Source: an uncultured Bacilli bacterium
Lineage (GTDB): Bacteria > Bacillota_I > Bacilli_A > RF39 > UBA660
Reading direction: 5' to 3'
DNA: 55,280 nucleotides
NCBI GenBank assembly: GCA_944358825.1
Contig: CALVSA010000004.1
Span: 1 to 55,280, forward strand
Shown here: positions 1 to 9,072 of the stretch, piece by piece
Numbering within the stretch: position 1 is the first letter of the stretch
How the letters are laid out: every line of letters starts with the position of its first letter
Made by a program: the position numbers and the translations under genes
The notes under the pieces: model-generated
Seen by the model: only the letters and a program-made list of their open reading frames with translations
The model's database searches: none
Told to the model about the DNA's origin: nothing

Positions 1-658
1 TTATAAAACAAGGACATTTAGATACTACGGTATCTTTATATACATCTAAGGTATATGGGACATGATTAAAACCTAATTTATCACATATCATAGATGCTAA
101 AACCTCATTAAAAGGTTGTAATATTTCATTTTTATAACCGCCTTTTAATAGATATCTTGTACCATCTTCAATAATCCATGCTTTTTTTAACATACCATCA
201 GTAGTATTATTAGGTGTTATAAGAGAAGTTTCTTTTTTTACTATCTTGCTATTAAGTGAAAGTGAGGCTTCTAAGAACTCAGCATAGTCAAAATCATTAT
301 CAAAAAAGTTAATATCATCATACTTCAAATTACTATCAATTGGTTTTAACCAATATTGATCCGATAAAGATAAACCGAAAGCTTTATCTAATAATTCAGT
401 TGGAGCACTTATATCTAGGCGATGTAATAATAAATCTAATTTATCACGCCAATTAGGGATACCTCTTCCTCTAAACCACTCTGATAGATTTGTTCTAAAA
501 GGAGTATCATTGATATCATCTTTAATATAAAAACTCTTTAAAATATAAGGAGCATAATCAATATTTTTAACTTCTATAATTCTATCAAAAAACTTAGAAA
601 CTGTATTATATTCTGCAACTAATACTTCTGTATTTTTATTCATTAAAATACATTTCAT
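1..658 (-). CDS. HipA-like kinase-domain protein (runs off the window; not in ORF track)
   Basis: Manual translation from ATG 658: MKCILMNKNTEV...GLSLSDQYWLKP...TPNNTTDGMLKKAWII...YLLKGG...QPFNEVLASMIC; these motifs resemble Bacillota HipA-like proteins. RBS-like GAAGGTG upstream. Confidence 0.7.
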   Translation of the reverse strand, partial: MKCILMNKNTEVLVAEYNTVSKFFDRIIEVKNIDYAPYILKSFYIKDDINDTPFRTNLSEWFRGRGIPNWRDKLDLLLHRLDISAPTELLDKAFGLSLSDQYWLKPIDSNLKYDDINFFDNDFDYAEFLEASLSLNSKIVKKETSLITPNNTTDGMLKKAWIIEDGTRYLLKGGYKNEILQPFNEVLASMICDKLGFNHVPYTLDVYKDTVVSKCPCFI

Positions 659-718
659 AACCACACCTTCTTCCTAATGTAATATGTATTATTATACCAT
701 ATTTCCTTATATTTTTCA

Positions 719-2281
719 TTAATATAGCTTGAATTTATAGTGAATTTCTACTATTTTATCTTCACTTATAAGTATCTTATCAATTAGATTTACTAATAAA
801 TTTCTATTTGGTTTTTCAAAAGATAAATATTCGTTTATCTTTTTTAATATTTCTTCCTTTTCTTTATTCTCATCTTCTGTATCAACATTTTTAAGTTCTT
901 CTTCTAACTCATCTCTTTGATTTTTCCAAGAAACTATTTCATCTTTGTATTTTATTGTTAAACGGTTAAACATTTCCATATCAATATTACCACTTAACTT
1001 ATCTTCATATATTTTGTCTATATATGAGTTATTAGTTCTAATTCTTTTATCTAATACATTAATTTCCTTTTGTTTTTTAATTTTAATATCATTTTTCTTT
1101 CTTTCTTCTTCTAACTTATTAGAAAATGAACTGCTATCTACATACTCCTTGCACATCTTTTTAATTTCTTCTAACACAAGATTTTCCAATTTTTTATAAT
1201 TACAACTGTGTGGAGTACATAAACCATATTTAGAATGAGATATATAATAAGTACAACAACAGTAATATCTTTTCCCATCGCTACTTTTATTTATACCTAT
1301 TGCGTGTCCACATTCTTTACATACCATAAAGCCAGAAAGTAATTGAATATTATTACCAGTAGGTTTGTTTTTGTTTTTCTTTAATAACTCCCCGACTGTA
1401 TCAAATACTTTTTTATCAATAATTGCTTCGTGGGTATTTTCTGTAATTATCCATTCTTCTTTAGGCGTTCTAATTTCTTTTTTAGACTTATAATTTAACT
1501 TTTTTCTTCTACCTTGAGTAAGATTTCCGATGTATGTTTCATTTGTAAGCATTTCTTCTATTGTCCTAGGACACCATAATTCATAAGCCGTAGATTTCAC
1601 ACCTCTATTAAGATTTGTATAAACACTAGGGGTAGGAATATGCTCATCAGAGAATATATTAGCAATTTGCCTTGGGCTTTTACCATTATATGCTAAATCA
1701 AACATTCTCTTAATAATAGGTCTAACTTCCTCATCAACAATAATTTTATGCTTATCATTAGGGTCTTTTTTATAACCATATACTGCTTTCCAACCTAAAA
1801 ACTGTCCTTGCTCCTTTTTGGCTCTTACAACTTTTCTAATTTTCTTAGATGTATCTTTTAAATAGTAATCATTAAACATTAGTTTAAATTGTAAAAACTC
1901 TAAACCTGGTGTTTCGTGCAATGTATCAATATCATCATTTAAAGCAATATATCTTATACCTCGTTCGGGGAATATTCTTTCGATATATTCCCCCATTGAG
2001 ATATAATCTCTACCCATACGAGATAAATCTTTGGTAATTATAGTATTAACTTTACCACTATCAATATCTGCCATTAGTCTTTTCCAAGAAGGTCTATCAA
2101 AATTAGAACCAGTAAAACCATCATCGACATATTCATCAACATATTGTAACTTTTCCTTTGTCTTCTCTAAGAATAGATGTAATAAATCTCTTTGATTTGT
2201 AATACTTTCGCTTTCCATATTATCTCCATCTTCACGAGATAGTCTAATATAAAGAGCAGTATTAAATGTTTTACCTTTCAT
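719..2281 (-). CDS. Large serine recombinase 1 (resolvase + recombinase + Zn ribbon + coiled coil), 520 aa
   Basis: YIRLSRED catalytic motif, DDGFTGSNFDRP, KDLSRMGR, CKEC Zn ribbon; start moved to ATG 2281 behind GGAGAG. Confidence 0.95.
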   Translation of the reverse strand: MKGKTFNTALYIRLSREDGDNMESESITNQRDLLHLFLEKTKEKLQYVDEYVDDGFTGSNFDRPSWKRLMADIDSGKVNTIITKDLSRMGRDYISMGEYIERIFPERGIRYIALNDDIDTLHETPGLEFLQFKLMFNDYYLKDTSKKIRKVVRAKKEQGQFLGWKAVYGYKKDPNDKHKIIVDEEVRPIIKRMFDLAYNGKSPRQIANIFSDEHIPTPSVYTNLNRGVKSTAYELWCPRTIEEMLTNETYIGNLTQGRRKKLNYKSKKEIRTPKEEWIITENTHEAIIDKKVFDTVGELLKKNKNKPTGNNIQLLSGFMVCKECGHAIGINKSSDGKRYYCCCTYYISHSKYGLCTPHSCNYKKLENLVLEEIKKMCKEYVDSSSFSNKLEEERKKNDIKIKKQKEINVLDKRIRTNNSYIDKIYEDKLSGNIDMEMFNRLTIKYKDEIVSWKNQRDELEEELKNVDTEDENKEKEEILKKINEYLSFEKPNRNLLVNLIDKILISEDKIVEIHYKFKLY

Positions 2282-2324
2282 ATTCTCTCCCTTCTTGGTA
2301 AAACACATTAACAAATATATTATA

Positions 2325-2432
2325 TTAACTATTTTTAAAAGTTCCAGCCTCTAAACAATAGTCAATTAAAAATTGTTCCATTATTTGTTGAAGTGTCTTC
2401 CCATTTTCGTTAAATATATTTATTATTTTCAA
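2325..2432 (-). CDS. 35-aa small protein upstream of LSR1, candidate recombination directionality factor
   Basis: AGGTGG RBS, TTG start; MKIINIFNENGKTLQQIMEQFLIDYCLEAGTFKNS. Confidence 0.6.
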   Translation of the reverse strand: MKIINIFNENGKTLQQIMEQFLIDYCLEAGTFKNS

Positions 2433-2597
2433 TTTAACCACCTACTGCATTTTATGTATTTTAATAAACTAAAATACTTTTATACAGTGGATTTAGGTCA
2501 AGTTTTTAGACACATTTTTACAAAAACTTATGTTAATGTGTTCTACCTTTCCTTATTTTATAAGCATTTTTTACATCATAAGTTTTAATGCCGGTGG

Positions 2598-3164
2598 GGT
2601 GGAATGCCTGAAATGACATTCGAATGGGCCTTAAGAGAACACGGAATAGATCCTAATAAAGATTTAACAATCGATACATCAGTTGACTTTGCCGCAATGG
2701 AAGGGGCCTTTATTGGAGGAGTTGGAGACTTTGTTACCCTATTTGAACCAAATGCTCTAAATGTAGAAAAAGCAGGCTTTGGTCACGTAGTTGCATACGT
2801 TGGGGAACTAGGAGGAAGTGTCCCATACACTGCTTATAACGCTAAAAAAAGTTATATAGAAGATAATCCAGACATTATTAAAGGATTTAGAAACGCTATT
2901 AATAAAGCATTAAAATTCGTATATGAACAAGATAGTGAAACTATAGCAAAAGAATTATTAGAATTTTTCCCTGATACTTCATTAGAAGATATTATTAAAA
3001 TAGTTGATCGTTACAAAAATGGCGAAGCGTGGAAGAAAAATATAACAATTAACGAAGAAGAATGGAATCATATTCAAGATATCATAATAGCAGCTGGCGA
3101 ATTAGATAAAAAAGTAGATTTTGAAAATTTAATTTACACTAAAGATTTTGAAAATTATGAATAA
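2598..3164 (+). CDS. 3' half of split NMT1/SsuA-like (YtlA-like) ABC substrate-binding protein
   Basis: GGMPEMTFEWAL...DFVTLFEPNA...PYTAY motifs; N-terminal half absent; stop overlaps the next ATG (ATGAATAA). Confidence 0.85.
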   Translation, partial: GGMPEMTFEWALREHGIDPNKDLTIDTSVDFAAMEGAFIGGVGDFVTLFEPNALNVEKAGFGHVVAYVGELGGSVPYTAYNAKKSYIEDNPDIIKGFRNAINKALKFVYEQDSETIAKELLEFFPDTSLEDIIKIVDRYKNGEAWKKNITINEEEWNHIQDIIIAAGELDKKVDFENLIYTKDFENYE

Positions 3165-3573
3165 TTTATTAATAATAGAAAACCTAGAAAAAACCTATTA
3201 TACCAAAGATGGTGAAATAGAAGCTATTAAAAATTTATCACTAAAAGTAAAAGAACAAGAATTTATAGCCATCGTTGGACCGTCAGGTTGCGGAAAATCT
3301 ACTTTACTATCAATCTTATGTAATATAGAACAAAAAACTAGTGGAAATATAATATTTCCATTTAACTCTAAACTAGGTTATATGTTACAACAAGACTCTT
3401 TATTTGATTGGCTAAATATATTAGATAACTGCCTAATAGGTCTAAAAGTAGAAAAAAAATTAACAGAAGAAAAAAAACAAAAAGTAATTAATTTATTAAA
3501 AACATATGGATTAGGAGATTTTATTTATAAATACCCTAAAAATTTATCTGGAGGTATGCGTCAAAGAGTAGCT
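3157..3573 (+). CDS. 5' part of split NitT/TauT ABC ATPase (YtlC-like), 139 codons
   Basis: Walker A GPSGCGKST and signature LSGGMRQRVA; the frame then runs into element DNA (CIK*). No Walker B in this piece. Confidence 0.92.
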
Positions 3574-3578
3574 TGTAT
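3567..3578. other. Left attachment junction of element 2
   Basis: Core AGTAGCTT; arm GCTTGTAT (3571-3578) is the inverted complement (7/8) of ATACAAAC at 13342-13349. Confidence 0.85.
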
Positions 3579-3589
3579 CAAATAAAGAC

Positions 3590-3628
3590 AAAAAAAGCAA
3601 TAAATGCTTTTAAAAATTCTTCTTCTCT
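3590..3628. repeat. 39-bp direct repeat, copy 1 (terminator + 3' tip of aldo/keto reductase gene)
   Basis: AAAAAAAGCAATAAATGCTTTTAAAAATTCTTCTTCTCT is identical to 5398-5436 and contains the hairpin AAAAGCA-ATAAA-TGCTTTT. Confidence 0.9.
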
Positions 3629-3819
3629 ATTTGTTAATACATCTAAATCATTAATATTCATTATTACAACCATTTCCTACATATATTTATTTAATTTTCT
3701 TCTAAATGAAGAACATCTAAAATATATTTTGTGATAAATATTAACAAATTTTTTTAATATTGCTTGATTAAAGTACTTCCCCCGCTACAAATAGTATTGC
3801 TACCTCAAAATATATATTT

Positions 3820-4671
3820 CTAATTATAAACAGCAGTAGAATGTTTATCTAAAAATCCATCTAGTAATTCAATTATTGTAAAAAAATCTATATTTTTAGC
3901 ATAATTTCTTTTATTTATATACTTATTCCATAAACTATTTAATCTTTCATTATCTTTTAATTCGTTTAAAATCTTTTTGTAATCTTCTAAAACATCTAAT
4001 GAATCTCGCTTTTTAAAAGTGTTTTTCATAGCAGATAAAAGATCATCGTAATTTATATCATTACTAAAATTATTGATAAAGACATAGATATCATAAAAAT
4101 CTTTCATTCTACTATTATATATACCTCTTTTTAAAACAGTTTCTATCTTTTCAGCTAAAATAGTTTCAATATTATAGCTACTTATAGTTATTTCTTTATC
4201 ACTAAATATCAATGGATATTTATATTTTAATTCTCTTGGTGTAACTTTATCTCCAGTAGAAATATCTATCTCTAAATTCACTCTCATGTTTTGAAATCTA
4301 CCTACAATATGATATTTGTTACCACCGTATTCATTACCTTCTCGTATATTAGTAATATTAATTAAAGCAAATTTAACACCATCATTTAAGTTAATACTCA
4401 ATATTTCATTTAATATATTAACCATAATTTCTTCTGAAACGTCTAAACCTTTAACAGTAGTATCCATATCTTTTGTAGCTCTGTTATCAATACCAAAAAT
4501 TGCAGATAAAAGAAGACCACCTTTTAAGATAAAATTATCATTATATTTAGAGATAGATATTCTTTCCAGAATTCTTTCAAACATAAATCTTTGTAATAAT
4601 TCATAATAATCAATATTCTTTTCGCACGATAATTTTTTAGCTTTTGTTTCAATATCTCTATAATCTACCAT
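3820..4671 (-). CDS. abiEii: AbiEii/AbiGii nucleotidyltransferase toxin (type IV TA)
   Basis: FILKGGLLL, RATKDMD, ETILAEK and SRMKDFYD motifs; overlaps the antitoxin stop. Confidence 0.9.
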   Translation of the reverse strand: MVDYRDIETKAKKLSCEKNIDYYELLQRFMFERILERISISKYNDNFILKGGLLLSAIFGIDNRATKDMDTTVKGLDVSEEIMVNILNEILSINLNDGVKFALINITNIREGNEYGGNKYHIVGRFQNMRVNLEIDISTGDKVTPRELKYKYPLIFSDKEITISSYNIETILAEKIETVLKRGIYNSRMKDFYDIYVFINNFSNDINYDDLLSAMKNTFKKRDSLDVLEDYKKILNELKDNERLNSLWNKYINKRNYAKNIDFFTIIELLDGFLDKHSTAVYN

Positions 4672-5252
4672 TTCATCATTACCTCAATTATCGTATTAAC
4701 TTTATCATAAACATTTAACTTTTTAGCATATTCTTCTAATAGTTTAATATTTTTTTCTTTACTATTAAAATAAGTATTTAAAATCCTATTTTGTAATTCT
4801 AAATCAAACTCATCATTACTTCTTAACATATCACAAATACATCTTTCGGCATTATATATTTTAATAGGATTACCAAATGGACTTTCAACAGTTATGATTC
4901 CAAGTTCATATTTTTCCTTAGATACATAATGAATATTATAATTACCTATTATTTGTTTTTTTCTTGGCATAGTAACATCGATAATTGATGGAGTTAAATT
5001 AGTCATATTCATAATATGAAATGCCGTATTATATGAAAATACTGCATCAGGATATCTCAACTGAATAATATAATACTCATCTTCCATAACATTTGGACTC
5101 ATATATATTCCATGGTTAACTTTTTTTATTTCTCCATCATCAACCATTTTAGGAATATTTTTTTTATCTATTCCTAAATTAATAATATCTCTTGTCAAAA
5201 TATAATTGTGATTTTCTTTTAGGAATTTTTGAATTTTTTCTTTTTCAGACAC
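4665..5252 (-). CDS. abiEi: AbiEi antitoxin (type IV TA)
   Basis: N-terminal wHTH (KKVNHGIY), FSYNTA, IYNAERCICD; likely GTG start at 5252 after AGGTGA. Confidence 0.88.
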   Translation of the reverse strand: MSEKEKIQKFLKENHNYILTRDIINLGIDKKNIPKMVDDGEIKKVNHGIYMSPNVMEDEYYIIQLRYPDAVFSYNTAFHIMNMTNLTPSIIDVTMPRKKQIIGNYNIHYVSKEKYELGIITVESPFGNPIKIYNAERCICDMLRSNDEFDLELQNRILNTYFNSKEKNIKLLEEYAKKLNVYDKVNTIIEVMMKW

Positions 5253-5261
5253 AATATCACC

Positions 5262-5306
5262 TGTACTTTCATTCAACATTATACCATTTTGCCGAATAAA
5301 AGTACA
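5262..5306. promoter_or_regulatory. Inverted repeat over the abiE promoter (probable AbiEi operator)
   Basis: TGTACTTTCATTC (5262-5274) / GAATAAAAGTACA (5294-5306), 12/13 complementary; AbiEi proteins autoregulate through promoter inverted repeats. Confidence 0.6.
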
Positions 5307-5397
5307 TAGTATTGCGCTATTTTTTTAATTTATGTTAATTATAGAAAAATATGATACGACTTTTTATATTTACTTTTACAAAATAAATTTCTATTCA

Positions 5398-5436
5398 AAA
5401 AAAAGCAATAAATGCTTTTAAAAATTCTTCTTCTCT
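5398..5436. repeat. 39-bp direct repeat, copy 2 / intrinsic terminator of the AKR gene
   Basis: Identical to 3590-3628; spans the AKR stop at 5418-5420. Confidence 0.9.
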
Positions 5437-6158
5437 TTTCTATAATCATCATTTTCACGTCTAGTTTGAACCATACTATCAAACCACTCAACCATATTAG
5501 GATCTTGATGATTAAAAAACAAACTATCATTAGAATCCAATTTTTTAATTATATTCATATCCTCATCACTCAACTCAAAATCAAAAACATCGAAATTTTC
5601 TTGCATTCTATCAATATGAGTAGACTTACAAACAACAATTACTCCACGTTGAATTAACCATCTAAGTATAACTTGTGCAACAGATTTATTATACTTATTA
5701 CCAATCTCTTTTAAAGTTGGATTAGAAAACATATTATTTCTACCCTCACCAAATGGTGCCCATGCTTCAATATGAACACCATATTTTTGCATAACTTCTT
5801 GAGCTTTTATCTGTTGATTTAATGGATTAGTTTCAACCTGATTAACCGCAGGAATTACTTTTCTTTCAAATAAACACATATCCACTAACCTATCAGGATA
5901 AAAATTACTTACTCCAATCGCTTTATTATCTATCCAAACTTTAGTAGTAATAAATAACTCTGAACGTGGAATCCCACATTCTAAAATAGCATCCCCAACT
6001 TCACTTTCATTAAAATAACTTTGAGCAGTATCAATAGATCTATATCCTACTTTAATCGCATCTAATACACATCTTTTAGTATCTTCTTTAGGTATTTGAT
6101 AAACACCAAACCCTAATATTGGCATTTCAACTCCATTATTTAATTTTACATATTCCAT
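5418..6158 (-). pseudogene. Aldo/keto reductase (2,5-DKG reductase-like) with in-frame internal deletion
   Basis: LNNGVEMPILGFGVYQ, DTAQSY, FITTKVW joined almost directly to KAIGVSNF; the usual SL..L..DYIDL.L.H segment is missing. Confidence 0.75.
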
Positions 6159-6173
6159 AATATTCTCCTTTCA

Positions 6174-6236
6174 TTGACAACTAAAATTTCTTTTAGTATA
6201 ATAACAGTATACAAAACGGGTGTAACACACGGTCAA
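6174..6236. promoter_or_regulatory. Overlapping merR/akr promoters with MerR operator
   Basis: Plus strand TTGACA(6174)-17-TATAAT; minus strand TTGACC(6236)-19-TATACT with dyad CGGGTGTAACACACG. The 19-bp spacer is typical of MerR-activated promoters. Confidence 0.75.
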
Positions 6237-6270
6237 GAGATAATTTTAATTTTTGAGGTGAAATTGAAAT

Positions 6271-6669
6271 ATGATATATTCTATGAAAGAAACATGCAAA
6301 TTAACTGAACTTACTTATGATACATTAAAGTTTTACTGCAATAAAGGACTAATTCCATATGTTAAAAGAGATAAAAATAACTATCGCATTTTTGATGACA
6401 ATGATATTGCGTGGATAAATAGTCTTTCTTGTCTTAAAAACTGTGGAATGACTATTAAAGAAATGCAAGAATATCTTGATTTATGTCTAAAAGGTGAACA
6501 AACAATTCCTAAAAGACAAAAAATACTAGAACTAAAATTAGAACAACTCGAAAATAAAAAGAAAGAAATTCAAGAAAGTATCAACTACATACATTGGAAA
6601 CAAGGTTTTTATAAAGATGTATTAAGTGGTAAAACAAAATATTATAGTAATTTAATAAATACAAAATAA
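6271..6669 (+). CDS. MerR-family transcriptional regulator
   Basis: YSMKE...TLKFYCNKGLIP..RDKNNYRIF MerR HTH. Confidence 0.92.
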   Translation: MIYSMKETCKLTELTYDTLKFYCNKGLIPYVKRDKNNYRIFDDNDIAWINSLSCLKNCGMTIKEMQEYLDLCLKGEQTIPKRQKILELKLEQLENKKKEIQESINYIHWKQGFYKDVLSGKTKYYSNLINTK

Positions 6670-6694
6670 ATCTTTATCATTAGATAAAGATTTA
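6667..6694. terminator. Bidirectional hairpin between the convergent merR and HMA genes
   Basis: TAAATCTTTATC-ATTA-GATAAAGATTTA perfect 12-bp stem. Confidence 0.65.
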
Positions 6695-6892
6695 TTTTAC
6701 TTCAAAGCCTATATTATATAGTTTATTTTTAACTTCATTAATCACTTTCTCATTTTTAACTGCAATATCTAACTTTTTAGACTGTAAAGAAATATCATAA
6801 TTAATTATCCCCTTAATATTAGATAAAACATTCTTAATACGATTCACACATCCCTCACAATGTATAGTATCAATTATAAATTCATATTTCAT
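6692..6892 (-). CDS. copZ: Heavy-metal-associated (CopZ-like) chaperone
   Basis: 66 aa with IHCEGC metal-binding motif, downstream of a Cu ATPase. Confidence 0.8.
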   Translation of the reverse strand: MKYEFIIDTIHCEGCVNRIKNVLSNIKGIINYDISLQSKKLDIAVKNEKVINEVKNKLYNIGFEVK

Positions 6893-9072
6893 TACTTTAA
6901 CCTCCTTAACCTTAACGAATTTAAAACTACTGTTAAACTACTAATACTCATCGCAATACTACCAAATATAGGACTCATACTTATACCAAAATCTACAAAT
7001 AATCCCATCGCAATAGGTATCATACATATATTATAGAAAAAAGCCCAAAATAAATTTTGTTTAATAATTTTATAAGATTTCTTACTAATATTAATTAAAT
7101 CAAAAATATTATCTAAATTATTATTCATAAGTATTACAGCAGCCATATTAATAGCTATATCAGCACCACCATTAATACTAATACCAATTGTAGCATTAAC
7201 TAAAGCTGGCGCATCATTAATACCATCACCAACCATAATTACCTTCTTATTCTCCTTAACTAATTCATTTATATAAGTAGCCTTTTGTTTAGGAACTACA
7301 TCAGAAATAACATTATCAATACCAAGCTCATTAGAAACCATTAAAGCCGTTTTCTCATTATCTCCCGTTAGCATTATTACATTAATATTTTGTCTTTTTA
7401 ACTTATCAATAGTCTTTCTAACATCACTTCTAACAATATCTCTAACACCAATTAAACCAATTATTTTTTTATTTTTTATAACAAAAATAATACTACAACC
7501 ACTATTTAATAAATATAAATAATCATCTACATATTCATTATTAATTTTTAATTTATCAACAATCTTATAATTACCTAAATAATACTCATTATCATCTACT
7601 TTTCCATAAATACCCATACCCTCTAAAGATTGAAAATCATTAATTTCTAATTTCTTAGTAATTTTAAAAGCACTACTAATTGGATGTGATGAATTTTTTT
7701 CTATATTAGCAACTATATTTAAAATTTTACTATCCATATCCTTAGTATAATTAAAAAACTTATAAACCTTTAATTTACCATAAGTTAAAGTCCCAGTCTT
7801 ATCAAAAACAACAGTATCAACATCTTTAGCGCTCTCTAATACCTCACTACTACGAATAAACAAACCTTTCTTAGCACAAATACCATTACTAACAACAACT
7901 ACTAAAGGTACAGATAAACCAATAGCACAAGGACAAGCCACTACTAATATACTTACCATATAAATTAATGAATTGTTAAAATTAGTTCCTAATAAAAGAT
8001 GGACAATAAAAGTAAATAAAGATAAAAATATAATAATTGGAACAAAATAACTACTAACTTTATCAGCAATTAATTGTACTCTAGACTTTCCATTAGTTGC
8101 GTCAATTACTAATTTAACAATCTCAGAAATAACTGTTTTTCTCCCAATCTTTTTAGCCTTATATTCAATATAACCACCATAATTAATTGAACCCGCAATA
8201 ACATTACTATTAGTCTTTTTTAAAATAGGAATACTCTCACCAGTAATAAAACTCTCATCAACATAAGTCTTACCCTTAGTAACAATCCCATCAACAGCAA
8301 TCTTATCACCAGCTCGACATACTAAAATATCATCAACTCTTATTTCATCAATAGTTACTTCTTTTACTTCATCATTTATCTTTAACATTGCACTTTTTGG
8401 AGTAATTTGTACCAAATCTCTAATTGCATCTTTAGTCTTATCTTTACTTTTATTTTCGATAAATCGTCCTAATTTAATAAAATAAATAACCATACAACAA
8501 GCTTCAAAATACAAATTATCTAAATAACTAACATTTCCTATTAATATATTTATATAACTATAAATACTATATAAAAAACTAAATATCACACTTAAACACA
8601 CTAAAGTATCCATATTAGCCATCTTATGCAATAAGTTTTTAATACCACTTTTAATAATATCAAATCCATACCAAATAAAAGATAAAGTAATTAACAACAT
8701 AAAAGTAGATAAAATAACTGGATTATTACGATTAATAAAATAAATACTAGGTAAACTAAGCATATGACTCATCGATACATACATTAAAATAATTATTAAA
8801 ATACCAAAAATAATTAATTTAATAACATCTAAATTATTAACTTCATTATCAATTATCCCCTTAAATTCACCTGCACTATTAAAACCAGCCTCTTTAATAT
8901 AAAGTTCAATATCCTTAATACTAATATTATTATAATAAATAGTAGCAAGTCCTAAAACTAAATTAACACTAGCATTCTCTATACCTTTTTGCTTTTTTAA
9001 ATATTTCTCTAAACCACTAGAACAAGCACTACAAGTCATACCATCAATTTTTAAAACAATTTTCTTCATCAA
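6892..9072 (-). CDS. copA: Copper-translocating P1B-type ATPase
   Basis: GMTCSAC, TGES, CPC, DKTGT, HP, GDGINDAP, and the YN and MxxSS Cu(I) motifs. Confidence 0.9.
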   Translation of the reverse strand: MMKKIVLKIDGMTCSACSSGLEKYLKKQKGIENASVNLVLGLATIYYNNISIKDIELYIKEAGFNSAGEFKGIIDNEVNNLDVIKLIIFGILIIILMYVSMSHMLSLPSIYFINRNNPVILSTFMLLITLSFIWYGFDIIKSGIKNLLHKMANMDTLVCLSVIFSFLYSIYSYINILIGNVSYLDNLYFEACCMVIYFIKLGRFIENKSKDKTKDAIRDLVQITPKSAMLKINDEVKEVTIDEIRVDDILVCRAGDKIAVDGIVTKGKTYVDESFITGESIPILKKTNSNVIAGSINYGGYIEYKAKKIGRKTVISEIVKLVIDATNGKSRVQLIADKVSSYFVPIIIFLSLFTFIVHLLLGTNFNNSLIYMVSILVVACPCAIGLSVPLVVVVSNGICAKKGLFIRSSEVLESAKDVDTVVFDKTGTLTYGKLKVYKFFNYTKDMDSKILNIVANIEKNSSHPISSAFKITKKLEINDFQSLEGMGIYGKVDDNEYYLGNYKIVDKLKINNEYVDDYLYLLNSGCSIIFVIKNKKIIGLIGVRDIVRSDVRKTIDKLKRQNINVIMLTGDNEKTALMVSNELGIDNVISDVVPKQKATYINELVKENKKVIMVGDGINDAPALVNATIGISINGGADIAINMAAVILMNNNLDNIFDLINISKKSYKIIKQNLFWAFFYNICMIPIAMGLFVDFGISMSPIFGSIAMSISSLTVVLNSLRLRRLK

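Larger units (their letters stand above)
1..2597. mobile_element. Element 1: LSR element interrupting the ABC substrate-binding gene (left end outside window)
   Basis: An LSR gene lies next to an N-terminally truncated binding-protein frame. That frame starts abruptly at GGT GGA ATG CCT (GGMP), with an in-frame TAA at 2586-2588 and no signal peptide. Junction lies within 2589-2600. Confidence 0.75.
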
